A stretch of DNA of 64,000 nucleotides. Origin: Vicugna vicugna (Eukaryota). Below are positions 1 to 64,000 of the stretch, piece by piece. Below the pieces are notes generated by a model. That model had not been told where the DNA came from. It saw only the letters and a program-made list of their open reading frames with translations, and did no database searches. The stretch covers positions 4,623,741 through 4,687,740 of the forward strand of contig MU058636.1 of the NCBI GenBank assembly GCA_013265495.1. Direction: 5' to 3'. Each line of letters opens with the position of its first letter. Position 1 is the stretch's first letter. Both the position numbers and the translations under genes were made by a program.

Positions 1-940
1 GAAAGGATTATGATCAGTGTCAGATAGGGCGTGGGGAGGGAATCAGTTGAGCGTGACTGTGCAGGAGGTGACTGCGGCAATCCCAGGGACAGGGCGGGAA
101 GCCTGGGCTGTAGCAGGAAATGGGAACGGAGAAGATGCCGAATTCAAGACCCATTTTGTAGATAAAAATCTATAAAACCATGAAAGGATGGAGTGAGAGT
201 CAGAAAGGAAGGTATGAAGGTGAAGTCCCTCAGAGGACAAAATCCTTTCCATCCCTTCTGGCCTATTTGTTGGAGCCGGGAAGCTGGCAGCTGTGCCCCA
301 GCTGGTCTCCCTGCCCCTGCTCCGGTTCCCCCACTGCAGACTTCTTCCATGGTCTCCTTGCTCTTCGCGGCTTCCTGTCACCATCATGAGAACCCTGGTT
401 TCTTGGTTTAGCATGGCGTGCAGGGTCCTTCATGTGACTCCTGCCTTCCTCTCAAGGCATAGGGGCCACTGCTCCTTTGCCTGGGCGTGTGCACTGGCGT
501 ACAAACTATTCTAGGGTCCAAAACATGGCCCCTCTTCCCCAGCTCTCGTAGCTCCCATATGCTGTCGCCTCTGCAGAAAATGCCCTTCCCTCCCCATCAT
601 TTTAGTTTCTAGAGTCAAGCATAAGGCGTGGCCCAGTATAGCTGCTCGAATGTTTGTTGAATGAACAAATGAATAAATGAATAGATTTAAGTTCATCTGA
701 GTTTTGTCTGCCCCTGGAAACCTTTCCTGACTCCCGTCCTTGATTTGCCATGGGTTACCTTTCTTTCCACCCTCGAGCTCCAGTCCCTACCAGTTTTTCA
801 TTGTGTCTTTGACTGTTTATTATCCATCCCCCAATCCCTCAAAGATTGCGAACATCTTAGGGGAAGAGGATTACCTTTTATCTCTGCATCCCGGTGCTTA
901 GTGTAATTAGTCTCAGTAGATGTTGGAGGGTAATTAGATG
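1..940. mobile_element. Cluster of L2 fragments (both orientations)
   Basis: Purine-rich antisense L2 segment at 1..220; L2 3' termini gctcgaatgtttgttgaatgaacaaatgaat (about 640..680) and ctcagtagatgttgg (about 910..925). Confidence 0.6.
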
Positions 941-1337
941 GGAGGTGAGGGTGGGTGGTAAGGAGTTTGGGGAATCAAAGTGATAACAGTGTTACAAGGG
1001 CATAATCAGCAATAGAAAGAACAGATGGAGTCTCCTTTAGGTTCTAGGGGATTTGGTTCCCTAGGGCTGGAGGAAGAAGGCAGTCTCACCTTGGAAAGGA
1101 GAGAACGTCATGACTTCCCCCAGAACTCCTCTGTCCTGCCCTTCTGGCAATTTGGATGCTTCCTCAGAGATTACTTATTCAGAGATTGCACCTGGAAGCA
1201 ATGACCTTGTAAGTCCCAGATGGTGCAGTGCACCCAGTAGGGACCCTGCCACCCTCCTGGGGCCCTCTATTTCCAGGCATTCAGAAAAGAAGAATCTCCA
1301 TTTAATCTGAAATCCTACATCTTGGTTTCTGTTGTAG

Positions 1338-63228
<61,891 letters not shown>

Positions 63229-64000
63229 TAATGAGGGGTCGGGAGATAGGCCGCTGTTTTCAGGTCCATCTTTGAAAAAGTGACATCACTCTAAAACCAC
63301 ACAGATGGAGGAGTGGGCCAGAAGTTCCAGCAGAGCCTTGTTTCTCTTCTGAACTGTGTCTGCTGGAGTCTGCATACCAGGCAGACGCTGGTAGACATTG
63401 TCTAAGAGCCCACTTATGTCACACTTGAGGGGCAAGGAGATTTCCTAATACAGTAACCACGCAGCAGATGGAGGGAGGAGACAGTAGCACTCCGAGGTAA
63501 GCATGACGTTAATCATCTATAGAGCTGCCAGGATCTGCGAGTTCTGAGACTCAGCACAGAACGTCACTCTAGAAACCAAAGATAGGAGCCGTGGACGACC
63601 TGGAGGGGACCACTGTCTGCTCATCTAGTCCAAGGAATTATTTATAAATGGCAGTCAGAAACCAGAAACAATATGACGTATGATGGGAAAGGAATCAAAC
63701 TAATAATAAATCAAAATTATGAAAAACTGTGAGCCATCCTGTTTTTCCAGGTTTTCTGGTTCTTCTTGTGAACACTTGAGCTTGTAAGGTTTCTGAATCT
63801 CTAGTTCCCTGAGGTCCGGTATTTGTATAAACACACGCTTACCTGTGACCTGGGGTGTGCTGTTTTTCCTCCGTGAGTTAAGTCCTGGAAGTCTAGTCTA
63901 CATGTGTGTTTGTTACCTAGGACCTTACCTGATTTTTCTTTCTTCAACTAAGGTTATCAATGCAAAAAGTAAAAAGAGAGCGTTTTCTTTTTTCACTTGA

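Overview
This window is mammalian nuclear DNA, very probably camelid: it has three tRNA-derived Vic-1-type SINEs and no recognisable Alu, B1, Bov-tA, PRE1, CAN or ERE elements. It lies entirely inside the FRY gene (protein furry homolog, the large HEAT/ARM-like scaffold for NDR kinases) on the + strand. I traced 29 consecutive internal coding exons (1338..63227; 4226 nt, about 1408 codons) that join in one open frame with consistent phases. The start and stop codons lie outside the window. 27 of the 28 internal introns are GT-AG; one (39177..39467) can only be spliced in frame as GC-AG. The introns hold L1, L2, MIR, LTR16-like and SINE remnants, a degenerate hexamer/18-mer tandem repeat, and a 33-nt tailless U2 snRNA retrocopy with a target-site duplication. 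Nearly all ORFs in the supplied track are spurious or are exon read-throughs. I found no new multi-gene system. The best leads are regulatory: (1) a compact cryptic-exon module at 25576..25645 that could give an in-frame 42-nt exon, a 64-nt poison exon or a 6-nt stop microexon; (2) a strong 5' splice site 2 nt inside a 257-nt exon that would remove 85 aa in frame; (3) a TEAD/MEF2/CArG-like/ERR motif cluster; (4) NDR/LATS-type HxRxxS/T motifs and a YAP-like DSGLSS degron in FRY itself. Repeat family names and boundaries come from visual recognition and are approximate.
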